Shown: piece after piece, positions 52,336 through 64,000 of the stretch
How positions within the stretch are numbered: the stretch's first letter is position 1
Layout: each line of letters begins with the position of its first letter
DNA from: Octopus vulgaris
Lineage: Eukaryota
Assembly: GCA_951406725.2 (NCBI GenBank)
Contig: OX597827.1
Location: forward strand, 51,336,001 to 51,400,000
Length of the DNA: 64,000 nucleotides
Direction of reading: 5' to 3'
Position numbers and translations under genes: made by a program
The notes under the pieces: generated by a model
The model's input: only the letters and a program-made list of their open reading frames with translations
Database searches by the model: none
Told to the model about the DNA's origin: nothing

Positions 52336-54136
52336 TTAATCGAACATGAAAACACAAAGAGAAAACACAACAATGCAAGGATGTGGAACAAGTATAGTGT
52401 TATTGGACGCTCAGGAAAGGAAGGAAAGAAGGAGGATTTAACGTTTCGAGCGGAGCTCTTCATCAGAAACATAGGAAATGGAAAGATCCGAGGAAGGGAA
52501 GGCGGAGAAAAAAAAGTCGCCAACGGTACACACACGGTCACATTTTGAATGACCGGAAGGGAATGGGTGAAGAAAAAGTTCTTTCAAAGACAGGAGAGTG
52601 CAAGAGAAGGAGGTATGTGTGGGTATGTGCGTGCGCGCAGGTCTGTATGTATGTGTGTAATGATACGTATGTTTGTGGATACGTATGTGTATGTGGTTGT
52701 GGCTGTTAATCTATGTTGGGCTTAGTATCGTTTAAGGTCAAGGAAGAATGAAGTAGGGGGTGGCTCTTGTGTCTACCTACCCATGTGCGTAGAAGAATGG
52801 TCAGTGGAAGGTACTGGTAGTTTGAAGTATGTGTGTGTGCATGTATGTATATGTATTGTGTGTGTGTGTATATGTTTGTATGTGTCTGTTCGTGTGTGTA
52901 TGCGTAGAGGTTGTGTGTGTGGGGAATAACTGTGCTTTACTTTGAGTATGTGTGCTTGTATGTGTGTATACATGTATGTATAATTGTATGCATGTATGTA
53001 TGTGTGCTGTGTGTATGGGAGGTATGTGTGGGTTCATTTGTGTGTGTGTGTAAGTGCATGCGTGTTGTATGTGCCTGTAGTTGTGTGTGCGTGTATGCGT
53101 ATGTGGGTGTATATACGTGTATCCGTGGGGTTGTGAGTGTTAGGTGTGTGTATTCGTATGCATGCGTATGTGTGTGCATGTTTGTGTGTGCATGTGTGTG
53201 TGTCCGTGTCTATATATGTATATGTATGTGTGTGTGTGCATATATGCATATATTGTGTGTATATGTGAATTTGTGTATGTGTGTGTGGGGGGGTTTGTGG
53301 AGTTTGTGTAGGTATAATGTGCATGCGTGTGCTTGTGTGTGTGTGTGCTTACGTGCGTGTGTGTTTGTGCCCATAATTGTGTGCATGTGTCTATGTGTAT
53401 TGTTTGTTGGAGGTATATGTGCGAACCTGTGCTAGTGTGTGTATGTACGTGTGTATATGTGTGTGTGCGTATGTATGTGTGCGTATGTATGTGTGTGTGT
53501 ATGTGCGTGTATGTGTGTATGTGCGTGTGTGTGAACGTGGAGATGTGTGTCAGGTTGTGTGCGTGTTTGTGAATGTGGAGATGTGTGTTAGGTTGTGTGC
53601 ATTTTGTTGTGTGTACACACGTGTGCTTGACTATGTGCGTGTCTGTGATTGTGTGTACGTTTATGTGTGTCTGTGTGTGCATGGGTTGTGTGGCATAGGT
53701 TTCTGTGCATTCCTGTGTGTGTGTATGTGTGTACGTGCATATGTGTGTGCTTGTGAGTGTATGTGGGTGTGTGTGTGTATGTATGCGTGTGTATATGTGT
53801 GTGGAAGTATGTGTGTGTATATGTGCATGTATGTATGTTGTATGTGTGCGGTGTGTGGAAGGTATATGTGTGTTTGTGGATACGTATGTGTGTGTATGTC
53901 TTCGTGTATAAAAACAATAAATAAAAAAACAAAATTATAAAAACAATAAAATATATGGAAGTTGATCTAATATAAAAGATGCAATTACAAGAAAGGAAAA
54001 ATGAAAAATGAAAAAGAGAGAAGAAATAAAGTTGCTTGTTGCGGGAGGTGTAGAGGCAGTCACTAAGAGGAGGGAGCTGTGTTAAGTCCATGCGGGATAT
54101 TAGTCCGTAAATTGAAGATATAGCGCTGTTCCAAGT

Positions 54137-54139
<3 letters not shown>
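52336..54139 (-). mobile_element. 5'-truncated Penelope-like element: GIY-YIG C-terminus, (CA)-rich 3' region and pLTR with canonical HHR
   Basis: [18 protein letters not shown], stop at 54063 (E..WI..L.T..P.GLN motif). pLTR family A at 52336-52542. (TA)n on both flanks. Confidence 0.65.
52435..52470 (-). ncRNA. Minimal type-I hammerhead ribozyme with canonical core
   Basis: GTTT-CTGATGA-A-GAGC(tcc)GCTC-GAAACGTT-AAAT. Confidence 0.75.
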
Positions 54140-54180
<41 letters not shown>

Positions 54181-54199
54181 CATAAATGTATATATGTGA

Positions 54200-54234
<35 letters not shown>

Positions 54235-54434
54235 GTATGTATATATATGTATATATATATATGTGTATATATGTATATATACGAGTATATATATGTATAT
54301 ATATGTATATATATATATGTATATATATGTATATATATATATGTATATATATATATATGTATATATATATGTATATATACGTGTGTATATATATATATAT
54401 ATGTGTGTGTATATATGTATATATATGTATATAT

Positions 54435-54925
54435 CATCATCATCATTTAACGTCCGTTTTCCATGCTAGCATGGGTTGTACGGTTCAACCGGGGTCTGGG
54501 AAGCAGAGGGCTGCACCAGGCTCCAGTCTGATCTGGCAGTGTTTTTACAGCTGGATGCCCTTCCTAATGCCAACCACTCCGTGAGTGTAGTAGGTGCTGT
54601 TTACATGCCACCGGCACAGGTGCCAGGGGAGGCTGGCAACTGCTACGATCAGTTACTTACTTTGGATCGTAGGGTGACCTGCTGTGCTTGAGGGCACTAT
54701 TGAGTCATATACATCCATCAACATCAAAATAAAAATCAAATGGAAATTGTAGTTGTGATACCTGTGCCGGTGTCACGCAAAAAACACCCTCCGAATGTGG
54801 CCGATGCCAGTGCCGCCTTGACTAGTGTCTGTGCCGGTGGCACATAAAAAGCACCAACGGATTGTGGACATTGCCAGCCTCGTCTGGCTCCTGTGCCGGT
54901 GGCACGTAAAAGAGTGCCACTACAC
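54435..54925. mobile_element. Repeat with (CAT)n/RTE-like tail and an internal tandem GTGCCGGTGGCAC motif (related pieces at 32370-32520, 51165-51375, 58730-59040)
   Basis: Shared catcatttaacgtccgttttccatgctagcatgggttg..ctggatgcccttcctaatgccaacc. Confidence 0.65.
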
Positions 54926-54936
54926 TCATACATATA

Positions 54937-55955
54937 TCTTTATATATATAAAACAGAATGTGTGTGTGTCTATCTGTGTGTTTCCCTAAAACTTGAGAAC
55001 TACACAACCAATTTCATTCAAATTTTACACATGCCTTACTTAGGGTCCGGGGAGTGTCGTCGGCAAAAAAAATGTTCAACTTCTTGCCTAGAGTGAGCCC
55101 ATAGCAATATCATATCTTCTCCACTATTTCAGTATTACGTGTTAAAAGTGAAACAAAACCATTTCTCTATTTTATGTCAGATACTTTCACTTTAACAATA
55201 AAAATAATAATAACAATTGAATTATATGTAGTAAGTAATAATTAAAATCAAACTAAGGTATAATATAATCGTAACATAACTAAAGTAAAAATAGCAATTG
55301 GTATAAAATTGCATCAATGACTTGAACTTGAATAAGTGGTTTCACATGAATGGGAATAAATTAAAAATAAAATTAGCATGCAGAAATGGAATAGTCCAGA
55401 TGGATAATAAAAAATTAAATTAAAGAAAAGACTATTGTCTATAAAGTATACAATGTAGAGAAAACAGATTTGAGCACATGGAGGAAAGCACCTTCGAAAA
55501 GTGTCTTGGTGCGACTATGAAAGATATCTAATCAGAGGCGGTAAATTCGCCACAATAGAAGCAAGGTTTGAGTCAACAGAGCGTGCAAGGGAGTACTCGA
55601 CTCGAACTTGCAAAGTGGAAATATTTTATTTTTACCTTTATATCTGGGATGTAGGACGTGCCGGAAAAAAATTTAAAATGCCACCACCCCCAGAAGTAGA
55701 GGTAGGCTGGATTGTAGCCACACTTCTATACAAAAAGGAGGACAAGATCCAATTGATCGAAATTACAAGAGACGGGCTAACAATTCCAGTCTGTTATATA
55801 TTTTGAGTATTGTTATCACTAGCGATATCAAGATATAACTTTGTATTTTGTATTTTATGTGTAGATCTATATATATATAGATGTACACATATATATATAC
55901 ACATATATACATGCACTAGCACTATGACCTAGCAACAACAGGTCTTTAATGCTAG
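54937..55955 (+). mobile_element. Non-autonomous Helitron-like element
   Basis: 5' A|TCTTTATATATATAAAA. 3' hairpin GACCT..AGGTC followed by CTAG|T. Linkage of the two ends is inferred. Confidence 0.5.
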
Positions 55956-56580
55956 TATATATATACATGTTTGTATGTATGTATGTATATATATGTGTAT
56001 TATTTTCAAGGAAAGATCCAGAGAAATAGTTACCAGGTTAGCCAAATATCACATAAGTGCCTAAGAAATTCGTCACCACACTTTCATTGGTGATAATTCC
56101 GAGGAGAAGTGAGTCATTTTTTGAAGAACTATATTATTTATATATATATATTTATATATTATAGTTTCTCACATCTATTAAAAAGGCTTATTAATGAGCC
56201 CATGTTTATAATCTCTCACCTGATGAGATTGATATATCATTCCACATTATTCTTCCTCTCAGATTAATTTTTAATGCATGAAGTGAAATATATGTCAGTG
56301 ATATGATGATATAAATGATTTACATTACATCTTGTGTGTTTGTCTCCATTTTTCATTATTATTATATATGTATGTATATATATTTTCCTTTTTGCACCCT
56401 TTTCAAGCCTAGCCAGGCTCATGGGTCCGGTTTCCTGGTTTCTGTGGCGTATGTGTTCCCCCCAGCTGGACGGTACACCAGTCCATCGCAGATGTATATA
56501 TATACATGTGTATATATATGTGTGTATATATTTATGTATATATATATGTGTATATATATAGAGATATATATATATATATG

Positions 56581-56634
<54 letters not shown>

Positions 56635-56699
56635 CATATATGTGTGTGTATATATACATACACACACATATACACTAGCAAGGTGTATGTTTATAAAGA

Positions 56700-57830
56700 A
56701 GATAATATTTAAGTTATATAGAGTATATTGAGTATAGAGAGTGTTGTCTAATACGTATATTAGGAAAGGATTGCAATCAATATTTAGTGTTTTGATCAGG
56801 GAAAATATTATTATTATCAAAAGAGGTACTAGCACTAGTATCAGTTAATATTAATGATATTTAGAGAAAGTGTGTTTAGCCTTATGAAGGCAAAAAACAT
56901 TTCAAGTAGAGGAAAATCAGCCTTAAGTATAAAAAGTATCTCACTAATATAACAAGCATTTCTTACTCCTTGCATCATACACAGGTGCTGAGGCTAGGAT
57001 TTTTCCAATGTTGGTCATAGTTAATACACTTATCTTTGAGGACCCATATATAGTTACTTAAACCAGTTGAGTTCCTCCTATTTCTGTTTCTGAAGGTATA
57101 CATATGGTGATTTAGCCTATGTTTCATATGGTTTTGTGTGGTCCCCACATATACCTTATTATTCGATTGAGTACTTACTACACATTGGCAAACTACTTCT
57201 TTACTATTGCAGTTATTACTAAAGACACAACTATTACTATTTCTACAATCAGAAGATCTGTACTGTTGTGCAGGGTCTACACTGGTACGGTTAATATGTA
57301 TATTGGGGGTATAATTAGGTGTGGTATAATTACTGTTGCTATGACTGGTGTTAATATTGTTGTTGTTGTTGTTATTCGTGTATGTATTACTGTTATTTTT
57401 TCTATTTAAGTAGAAGGTGTCAAGTTTTTATTATTCATGAAGGAGATGATAGTGGCCAGTGTTTTTCTATTAGTGATTTCCCAGTATTTATGTTTTCTTT
57501 TTTGTTTTTACTAAGTTGCTTTTAATTTGCATAGTATATGGTAGTATTAGCCAGACAATATCGTTTCCTTTGTTTGCCGATTGGGGTTATTGTTCTTTGG
57601 TCTATTGTTATTATTAGGGTAATAATTTTTATTATTAATAATATCAACATTATACCCATCATTACTATTGTTATCACTGTTTATGGAGCTGATGACGGGT
57701 GCTTGTTTGGGATTTCTTATGTTATTCATTTTATGCTTCTTATATCTAAAATCACAATTACCACTTTCACTAGCATTTGGTTCCACTACCATTTCCAAAT
57801 CTGGGTCAAAATGTGATAATGACAATTCTG
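56700..57830 (-). pseudogene. Decayed Penelope-like element: RT-EN linker and GIY-YIG endonuclease
   Basis: IVWLILPY..LIEKH, then CNSKEVVCQCVV..KVYVGTTQNHMKHRLNHH..F..STGLSNYIWVLKD..W..KKC..SEILFI. Confidence 0.8.
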
Positions 57831-57929
57831 ATGTTAAGATGTTTTCACTTTCTTCAAAAGCTTTTTGGCACTTGTAGGACCAGTTTCATTTAATGTCTTT
57901 TTTTAACAAGTTATTGAGGGTTGCTCTCA

Positions 57930-58605
57930 AATCATGCATATTCAGTATGTATACCTGGTAGTATATTTTTTACTGCACTTACCCTTGATGGGTCTAGTCT
58001 ACATCCATTTTCATCAATGATCTGCCATAGATGTTTTATTCTTGGCATAAAAAATTCATACTTTTCCTTGCTGAGCTTAAACCCATAATCTTTTATTTTT
58101 TCGAAGACCTTTCTTACATATTCAACATGCTGACCACGAGATTCGCTTTTTACGAGCATGTCATCGAGGTAAGCTATTGCAAAATTCAAACCTGCAAGCA
58201 TAGTATCCATAAGTTGTTGGAATATACCTGGTGCTACCTTTCTACCGAAAGGAAATTGATTAAGTTTATATAATCCTTTATGGGTATTTATCATTAATAA
58301 TTCCTCATCAACCTGCAGGTATGCTTCAGACAGGTTCAATTTTTGGAAAAAGTTTCCTCCATTCAACTTCACAAAAATTTCTTCTGGACTTATTAATGGT
58401 TAATTATATGGCATCAAACATACATTTAACCCTTTAAAAAATCGGCACATATATGGATTTTAGTATTTTTTTTCTTGACATAAACTTGTTGAGGATACCC
58501 ATTCAGCGTAATCAATTTTTTCAATAACCCCAAGCTTTTCAACTCTATCCAATTCTTCATTGACTTCTTTCAATGCTGTGAAAGGTATAGTCCTTTTTGG
58601 AAGCT
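57930..58605 (-). pseudogene. Gypsy reverse-transcriptase fragment
   Basis: KLNLSEAYLQV..INTHKGLY..PFG.KVAPGIFQQLMD..AYLDD. Upstream reads EELDRVEKLGVI..EW. Confidence 0.85.
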
Positions 58606-59404
58606 GGATGCTATTCCTTGGTTACAGGAATGGCATCCAGTTGTAGGAAATTTGCCTCAGTAAACTTTGTCTGGCCCATTGCAAGCCTGGAAAAGTAGAC
58701 ATTAAAACAATCATGATAATATGTATCATCATCGTCATTAATTAACATTCATTTTTCCATGCTGGCATGGGTTAGATGGTTTGACAGGACCTGGATGCCC
58801 TTCCTAATGCCAATCATTTTACTGAGTATACTAGGTGCTACCAGCACTGGTATTTTTTATGGTATACTACCAGCACTGGTATTTTTTATGTAGTACCAGG
58901 ACTAATGGGTTCGCCAAGTAATTTGCAAGACAAAGATCCCTCAGCTGGGAGAGGTAGTGGTACTGAGGCAGGTGGCTTTGTGCTGGTTGGGAGGTAAAAT
59001 ATAATAGATAGAAATAGGTGTCTTACTATGGAGGAGATTATTGACTATCCTACTAGGATAAGAAAGGAGAGAAAAGAGGGATAAGAGTTAGAGAAAAAGC
59101 TAGCTAGATCAGTAGATAGGCAAGGTAAGGCAGCTAGGTTTAGGAGGAAGAGAAATGGATGGTTGTGGAGATATATTGGGATATACCCATAAGGTACAGT
59201 GGGAGTAAATATAAGTGGTATAGCGGGGTACCTATTCAAGAACAAGAACACATCAGGCCACAAGAAATGGCATTGTACTATATGGCAGCATTGAAATATG
59301 AAAGAAGAGAGAGTGGTGCTTCTTGCTGTTTCATGTTTTAATTTTATTTTAATTTTAAATGGTTCTTGAAATTATATTTATCTTACTTTTATATAAATCT
59401 TATT

Positions 59405-59430
59405 GTTGCTTTTTCTTTTTATTTTTCAGG
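59405..59430 (+). promoter_or_regulatory. Splice acceptor of the plus-strand ZNF coding exon (exon begins 59430)
   Basis: gctttttctttttatttttcag|gtg, 114 nt upstream of the ATG. Confidence 0.8.
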
Positions 59431-59543
59431 TGATTTTGAAACGTTGAAATGTTGAAAACTGAAATAAAACAAAAGTAAAATTAGTTCATTCTGAAATATT
59501 CATTTTAAAAGCTCAAATATTTATTTTGAAACATATACCAAAA

Positions 59544-60530
59544 ATGTATTCTATGCAAGGTACTTCAACTAACTATCCACTTGGTCGTCAGTTCACATGT
59601 GAAACCTGTGGTGCTGTCTTCCCCCTCTATGATCAAATGAAGAGACATAAACAACAAACACACAGTGACAACAAGACATATTCATGCTCATATTGCCACA
59701 AAGTCTTTGCACAAGTGTCTAGCATGCGTAGTCATGAGCGATGTCATACAGGAGAACGGCCCTATACATGTTTAACATGTAGTCGTGGATTTTCCCAGAA
59801 AGGGAATCTAAAACATCATATGATGACTCATACTGGTGAAAAGCCATTTAAATGTCCACTCTGTTGGAAATCTTTTTCTCAACGTGGAAATTTGAAACAT
59901 CATCAAAGATGTCACACTGGTGACAAACCATACACATGTGTCACGTGCCATAAATCTTTCTCTCAAATTGCTAGCTTAAAAAATCACCATCGAGTTCATT
60001 CAGGTGAGAAGCCATTTACATGTGAAACATGCCACAAATCATTTTCTCAAAAAGGAAATCTTAAAATTCATGAGCGTTCACACACAGGAGACAAGCCTTA
60101 CTCGTGTGATGTTTGTCAAAAAGCGTTTTCTCAAATCAGCAACTTAAAGATTCACAAAATGTCTCATGATGGTCAGAAACCATTTTCATGTCCTATCTGC
60201 GCTCGTGGATTTTCCCAGAAAGGAAATTTGAAAACTCATATCCGCAACCATGAGAATAATAACCGTAAAATGCCATTGAGCTGTGATGTTTGTGGTAAAG
60301 AGTTTGTTCATAAATCACTGCTGAAATGCCATGAAAAAACACACCTGGTTGAAAGAATGAATGCAATAAATGTTGCTCCCCACCACACACAACATAATGT
60401 CACTTCTAATAATGGCCCCAACAACAATAATAACACAAGCCATACCACCACTACCACCACCAATCCACATCATCAACACCAGCCCCATAACCAAAATATT
60501 ATGAGGGGCATTGTATACAAGCAACTTTAA
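59544..60530 (+). CDS. C2H2 zinc-finger protein, ~328 aa, 9 fingers plus N/T/H/Q-rich tail, single coding exon
   Basis: Nine CxxC...HxxxH units with TGEKP/TGDKP linkers. The ORF track starts at TTG 59526, and the first ATG is 59544. Confidence 0.95.
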   Translation: MYSMQGTSTNYPLGRQFTCETCGAVFPLYDQMKRHKQQTHSDNKTYSCSYCHKVFAQVSSMRSHERCHTGERPYTCLTCSRGFSQKGNLKHHMMTHTGEKPFKCPLCWKSFSQRGNLKHHQRCHTGDKPYTCVTCHKSFSQIASLKNHHRVHSGEKPFTCETCHKSFSQKGNLKIHERSHTGDKPYSCDVCQKAFSQISNLKIHKMSHDGQKPFSCPICARGFSQKGNLKTHIRNHENNNRKMPLSCDVCGKEFVHKSLLKCHEKTHLVERMNAINVAPHHTQHNVTSNNGPNNNNNTSHTTTTTTNPHHQHQPHNQNIMRGIVYKQL

Positions 60531-61172
60531 CTGAAAGATTTGAACTTTCCAACTGATAAAGTGAATTCAAAATCATCAAAAATAATCTAAGCAGCTGAAA
60601 GACATAACTGGAAAAGATAAAAATCAAAAAGAAAAGTTAACATTATTTTTAGCTGAGGCAAAACAAAGTTATATATTTAGATCAAATATTTTTCTCAAAA
60701 GGCCTCTTTGGCTGTATTTATCTCTGTCATAACCTAGTGCATTTCCTCCATTTCCTCACACCTTTGTTCATTTTAATTAAATCAAGAAAATTTTAAGTAA
60801 ACACAATTATATAATGTTTATATACAAACACATTCATATGTACACATATTTATATAATAAATACATCACTTACATATGTATCTGTATCAATATTAGAAAG
60901 GCAGAAAATGACATTGGAAAAACAGAATTGGTAGAACATCGGACAAAGTGCTTTACAGTATTTAGTTAGGTCCCTTTAGGTTCAAACTTTAAATTCCACT
61001 TAGGCTGGCCTTGCTGTGCATCCTTCAGGATTGATACAAAAGGTGTCAATCTAGAATGGGAGTCTGTGTAGTTTACACACACAAAAAAGAACAACAAATA
61101 TACATGAACTTGTAAGAAATCAAAGATGGTCAAGCATTTTCTTTTCATTAAATACACACACATCACCACCAC

Positions 61173-61203
<31 letters not shown>

Positions 61204-62279
61204 GTCATTATAACATCTGCTTTTCCATGCTTGCATGGGTCAAATGATAATGTTTGTTGAAGCACATATTTCTACAGCTAGAGGCTCTTGTTTCCAAACA
61301 AAGTATTATTTTTCCTAGTACAACAAACAGCAAACAGGCCAGTTGTGCATTTGCAGAGGATTCTAAACAAACAACACTGTTTTTATGAATGGTGACACAT
61401 TGCTTACAATCAATGTGCACATGTCAAGATAAGGGAAATACATACATATGCACACACATACATATATACATATCTGTAATGGTTTCATGCCAAAAAAGAG
61501 ATGAAAGTTCAGCAATCACTAGATACAGCTGAATTGAAAAGTATGAGCCTTGGCTCTTTGCTACCGAAGGTCTAAAAGCATCACATTCAATATAGAGTTG
61601 TTAAAAAAGAAAAATTTCAATGTTGAAAGAACACAAACCAAAACCACACACAAAAAAGGGGGTGGCTAATTTTGGCCAACAGAGTTATACCTCTTGACTT
61701 TTTATTTTTATTTTTTTTATTCACTAATGACCTGCATTCCAAGGTTCAGATGACAAAAAGAGCTGTAATCAGATGTGACACTTTCAGTAACAATCAGTGA
61801 AGGCAATACATTTCCAGTCAGCTATATCTAATAAATGCTGAACTTGCATGAAACCATTTGGTAATATATTGGCTGCTATGAGACTATAATGTATAAATAA
61901 TTTGATGTTATAGTTAATAATATTATATAAATATATTATAGTTTATGTATATTATTGACTTTAATATTATATAGATGTGTTTCCAGTTCCCAAATTCACT
62001 CACCAGGCATTGGTCAACATATAGTTGTATAAGTCAACTGCAGCCAACAGTGACCTTTTCTGTAGGTAGGTTTGTGTGTGTGGTGTGTGTGTATAAATAT
62101 TATTAAACTGAAAAGAGATGAAGATTGGCAACATGAAGGGCATCTAACCATAGGAAAGCTACTTCAAAACAATCTAACCTGTGCAAGCACAAGAAAGTGG
62201 ATGTAAAAACTATAATGATGATGAAAGGTACATGTATCTATCTATCTATAAATATATATATATATACACACAACATTAT

Positions 62280-62665
62280 ATAAAAGACAAGAAAACAAGA
62301 AATTATTTTATGAACTTCATTAACTTACAACTGTTTCTGCTATGAGATGCAATGCACTCATCAGAGCTTTGAAAATGAAGTGCAATTTTATTTGGGAAAG
62401 CATTTATTTATTTAGAGGACTTCATGAAAATGTAATGTAGTATTGAGTTTGAAAGGGAAAATGTTGTACTTGACTAATGTTTTTCTCTGAAGCATGTATA
62501 TATTGAGTTCTAATACCAGGTTATTGGTATTACTATGTCTAAGCATATGTATGTACACACACATACCTGTTTTGGAATAATACTTCTCAAAATACATCAC
62601 ACAGTTATAAAACCCTTTTGGGATAGAAAGGTTGAAAGCTGCCCATGGGACTTGAATCCACATCT
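62280..62665 (-). mobile_element. Internally deleted Penelope-like relic carrying the 62322 HHR
   Basis: Linker-like WIQVP..AFNLSIPKGFY remnant upstream of the HHR, between microsatellites. Confidence 0.45.
62322..62368 (-). ncRNA. Minimal type-I hammerhead motif with canonical core and GUA site
   Basis: AGCT-CTGATGA-G-TGC(attgcatctcata)GCA-GAAACAGTTGTA-AGTT. Confidence 0.6.
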
Positions 62666-62779
62666 CCTGTATGTATGTATTTCTATATTTTTATATATGT
62701 GTGTGTATTTATATATTTATATGTGTGTGTGTATGTATATATATATATATGTGTGTGTGTGTGTATATATATCAACCAG

Positions 62780-64000
62780 CATCCAGATGGTCTTCTTGTG
62801 TCCAGAGATCAGCTTACCAAGTTTCTCCTGTTCCCTCTGTATTGGGTTGCATGCATACAATCAACCAGGCTCTTGTTTGCTGTCCCTCATTTCATGTTGT
62901 CAGTTCACAAACTTCTTTGATGACCTCTTACTCTCTTCTCCTCACATTTCCTGTCAGGGTTATCTTAGAATGTGACTCCTGGAACATTGCATGTTCAAAA
63001 TATGATAGCTTTGTGGACTTGATTCTCAACAAACAATAGATATCTTTAGATTTTCAGCATTTCCAGTATTGCAGCATTTGTTACCCTGTCTTTCTAGTTT
63101 ATCCTGCCATATCTGCAAAAGATCTACTTTTCGAAGGTTTCTATTTTTTTCTTCATAGCTATGTGCATTGCCCAAGTTTCTGCCCTTTGAAGGACAGTTG
63201 GCATGGTATAACACTTTCCTAGCTTCAGTTTTTTTTTTTGTTACCTTATTTATTCATTGAGTAACTTCTACAAAGCAACCTTTGATTTATTGTTTGTCTT
63301 AGAGGCTTGAAGCTTTTTTTATTTGCTCAAGCTTCTGTTTGTTCTGTCTTGCTAATAACCATTGTTTTTGTCTTTTTTTACATCTATATTTAGACCGTTC
63401 TTATCACTTTGCTCTTTTACATCAGTAATTTCTAGTAATTTCTCATTGCTTTCTGACAAATAATGCTGTCATTAGATTATGTTCATGTCATTGACTATGA
63501 GTCCTTTGATCTCATATGACTTTGAGTATATACTCAGTACAAATATTGAATAGGAATAGTGATAATACACATCCTTGTCTTACACCCCTTTTGATCTCTG
63601 CTGGTTCTAACAATTCCTGGTCTATTTTGATGGCTGTCTGTTGGCTCCAGTATAACACACAGATGATTCTGATGTCTTTTCCTTTAAAACTGTTTCTTTT
63701 TTTTTAGAAGCAATGAGCTCTCTGTGGTGTATGCAGTCAAATACCTTGGCATAATCTATGAAGTGAGCAAACAGATCTTTCTGAATTTGCATTTGTTTTT
63801 GTACATAACTGCTGAAGCAGAATGTGGCACCTCTTGTACCTTTATTGAGTTTAAGTCCAATTTGCTCCTTATTGACTTCATTTATTTTGCTTTATATTTT
63901 CCCTAGCATGATAGTAAGAAATATTTTAAGAGCACGAGGTATGAGACTTATAGACTTGGAGTTAGAACACTCATTTGCCTTAAGTTCTTTCAGGTGGGGT
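62780..64000 (-). pseudogene. RTE-type LINE RT fragment (runs off the window end)
   Basis: IDYAKVFDCI and KRGVRQGCVLSLFLFNI motifs with stops and frameshifts. Confidence 0.75.

Noticed and set aside
54762-54915. Three ~27-bp palindromic repeats (CTGTGCCGGTGGCACGTAAAAA) with ~35-40-bp spacers, resembling a CRISPR array
   Set aside because: The spacers resemble each other (tgtgg..tgccag), the repeats are degenerate, there are no cas genes, the context is eukaryotic, and the motif belongs to a dispersed repeat family.
56900-56990. GVRNACYISEIL resembling a ubiquitin-protease Cys box
   Set aside because: It is a frameshift composite within a Penelope-like GIY-YIG domain (KKC..SE..I), which the upstream frame supports much better.

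Overview
This is AT-rich, microsatellite-dense eukaryotic DNA, most likely octopus or another coleoid cephalopod (inferred from repeat content and C2H2-ZNF architecture, not from a database match). It holds two divergently oriented C2H2 zinc-finger genes, each with a single coding exon: a 20-finger protein on the minus strand (7601-10957) and a 9-finger protein on the plus strand (59544-60530). Each has a clear upstream splice acceptor and a probable non-coding first exon. The rest is a nested pile of transposon relics: tRNA-derived SINEs, Gypsy, solo LTRs, Chapaev3, mariner, Tigger/pogo, hAT, piggyBac-like and Charlie MITEs, a Helitron, and HERO, CR1, RTE and Penelope-like retroelements. The signal the ORF track misses is RNA-level. 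About 10 minimal type-I hammerhead-ribozyme (HHR) motifs from several Penelope-like pLTR families sit mostly against (TA)n tracts. One is physically linked to a GIY-YIG C-terminus. Several have non-canonical cores, including a G3:C8 swap in a 263-bp palindrome and a recurrent CUGU core. All calls were made by eye, and repeat boundaries are approximate unless TIRs or TSDs are quoted.
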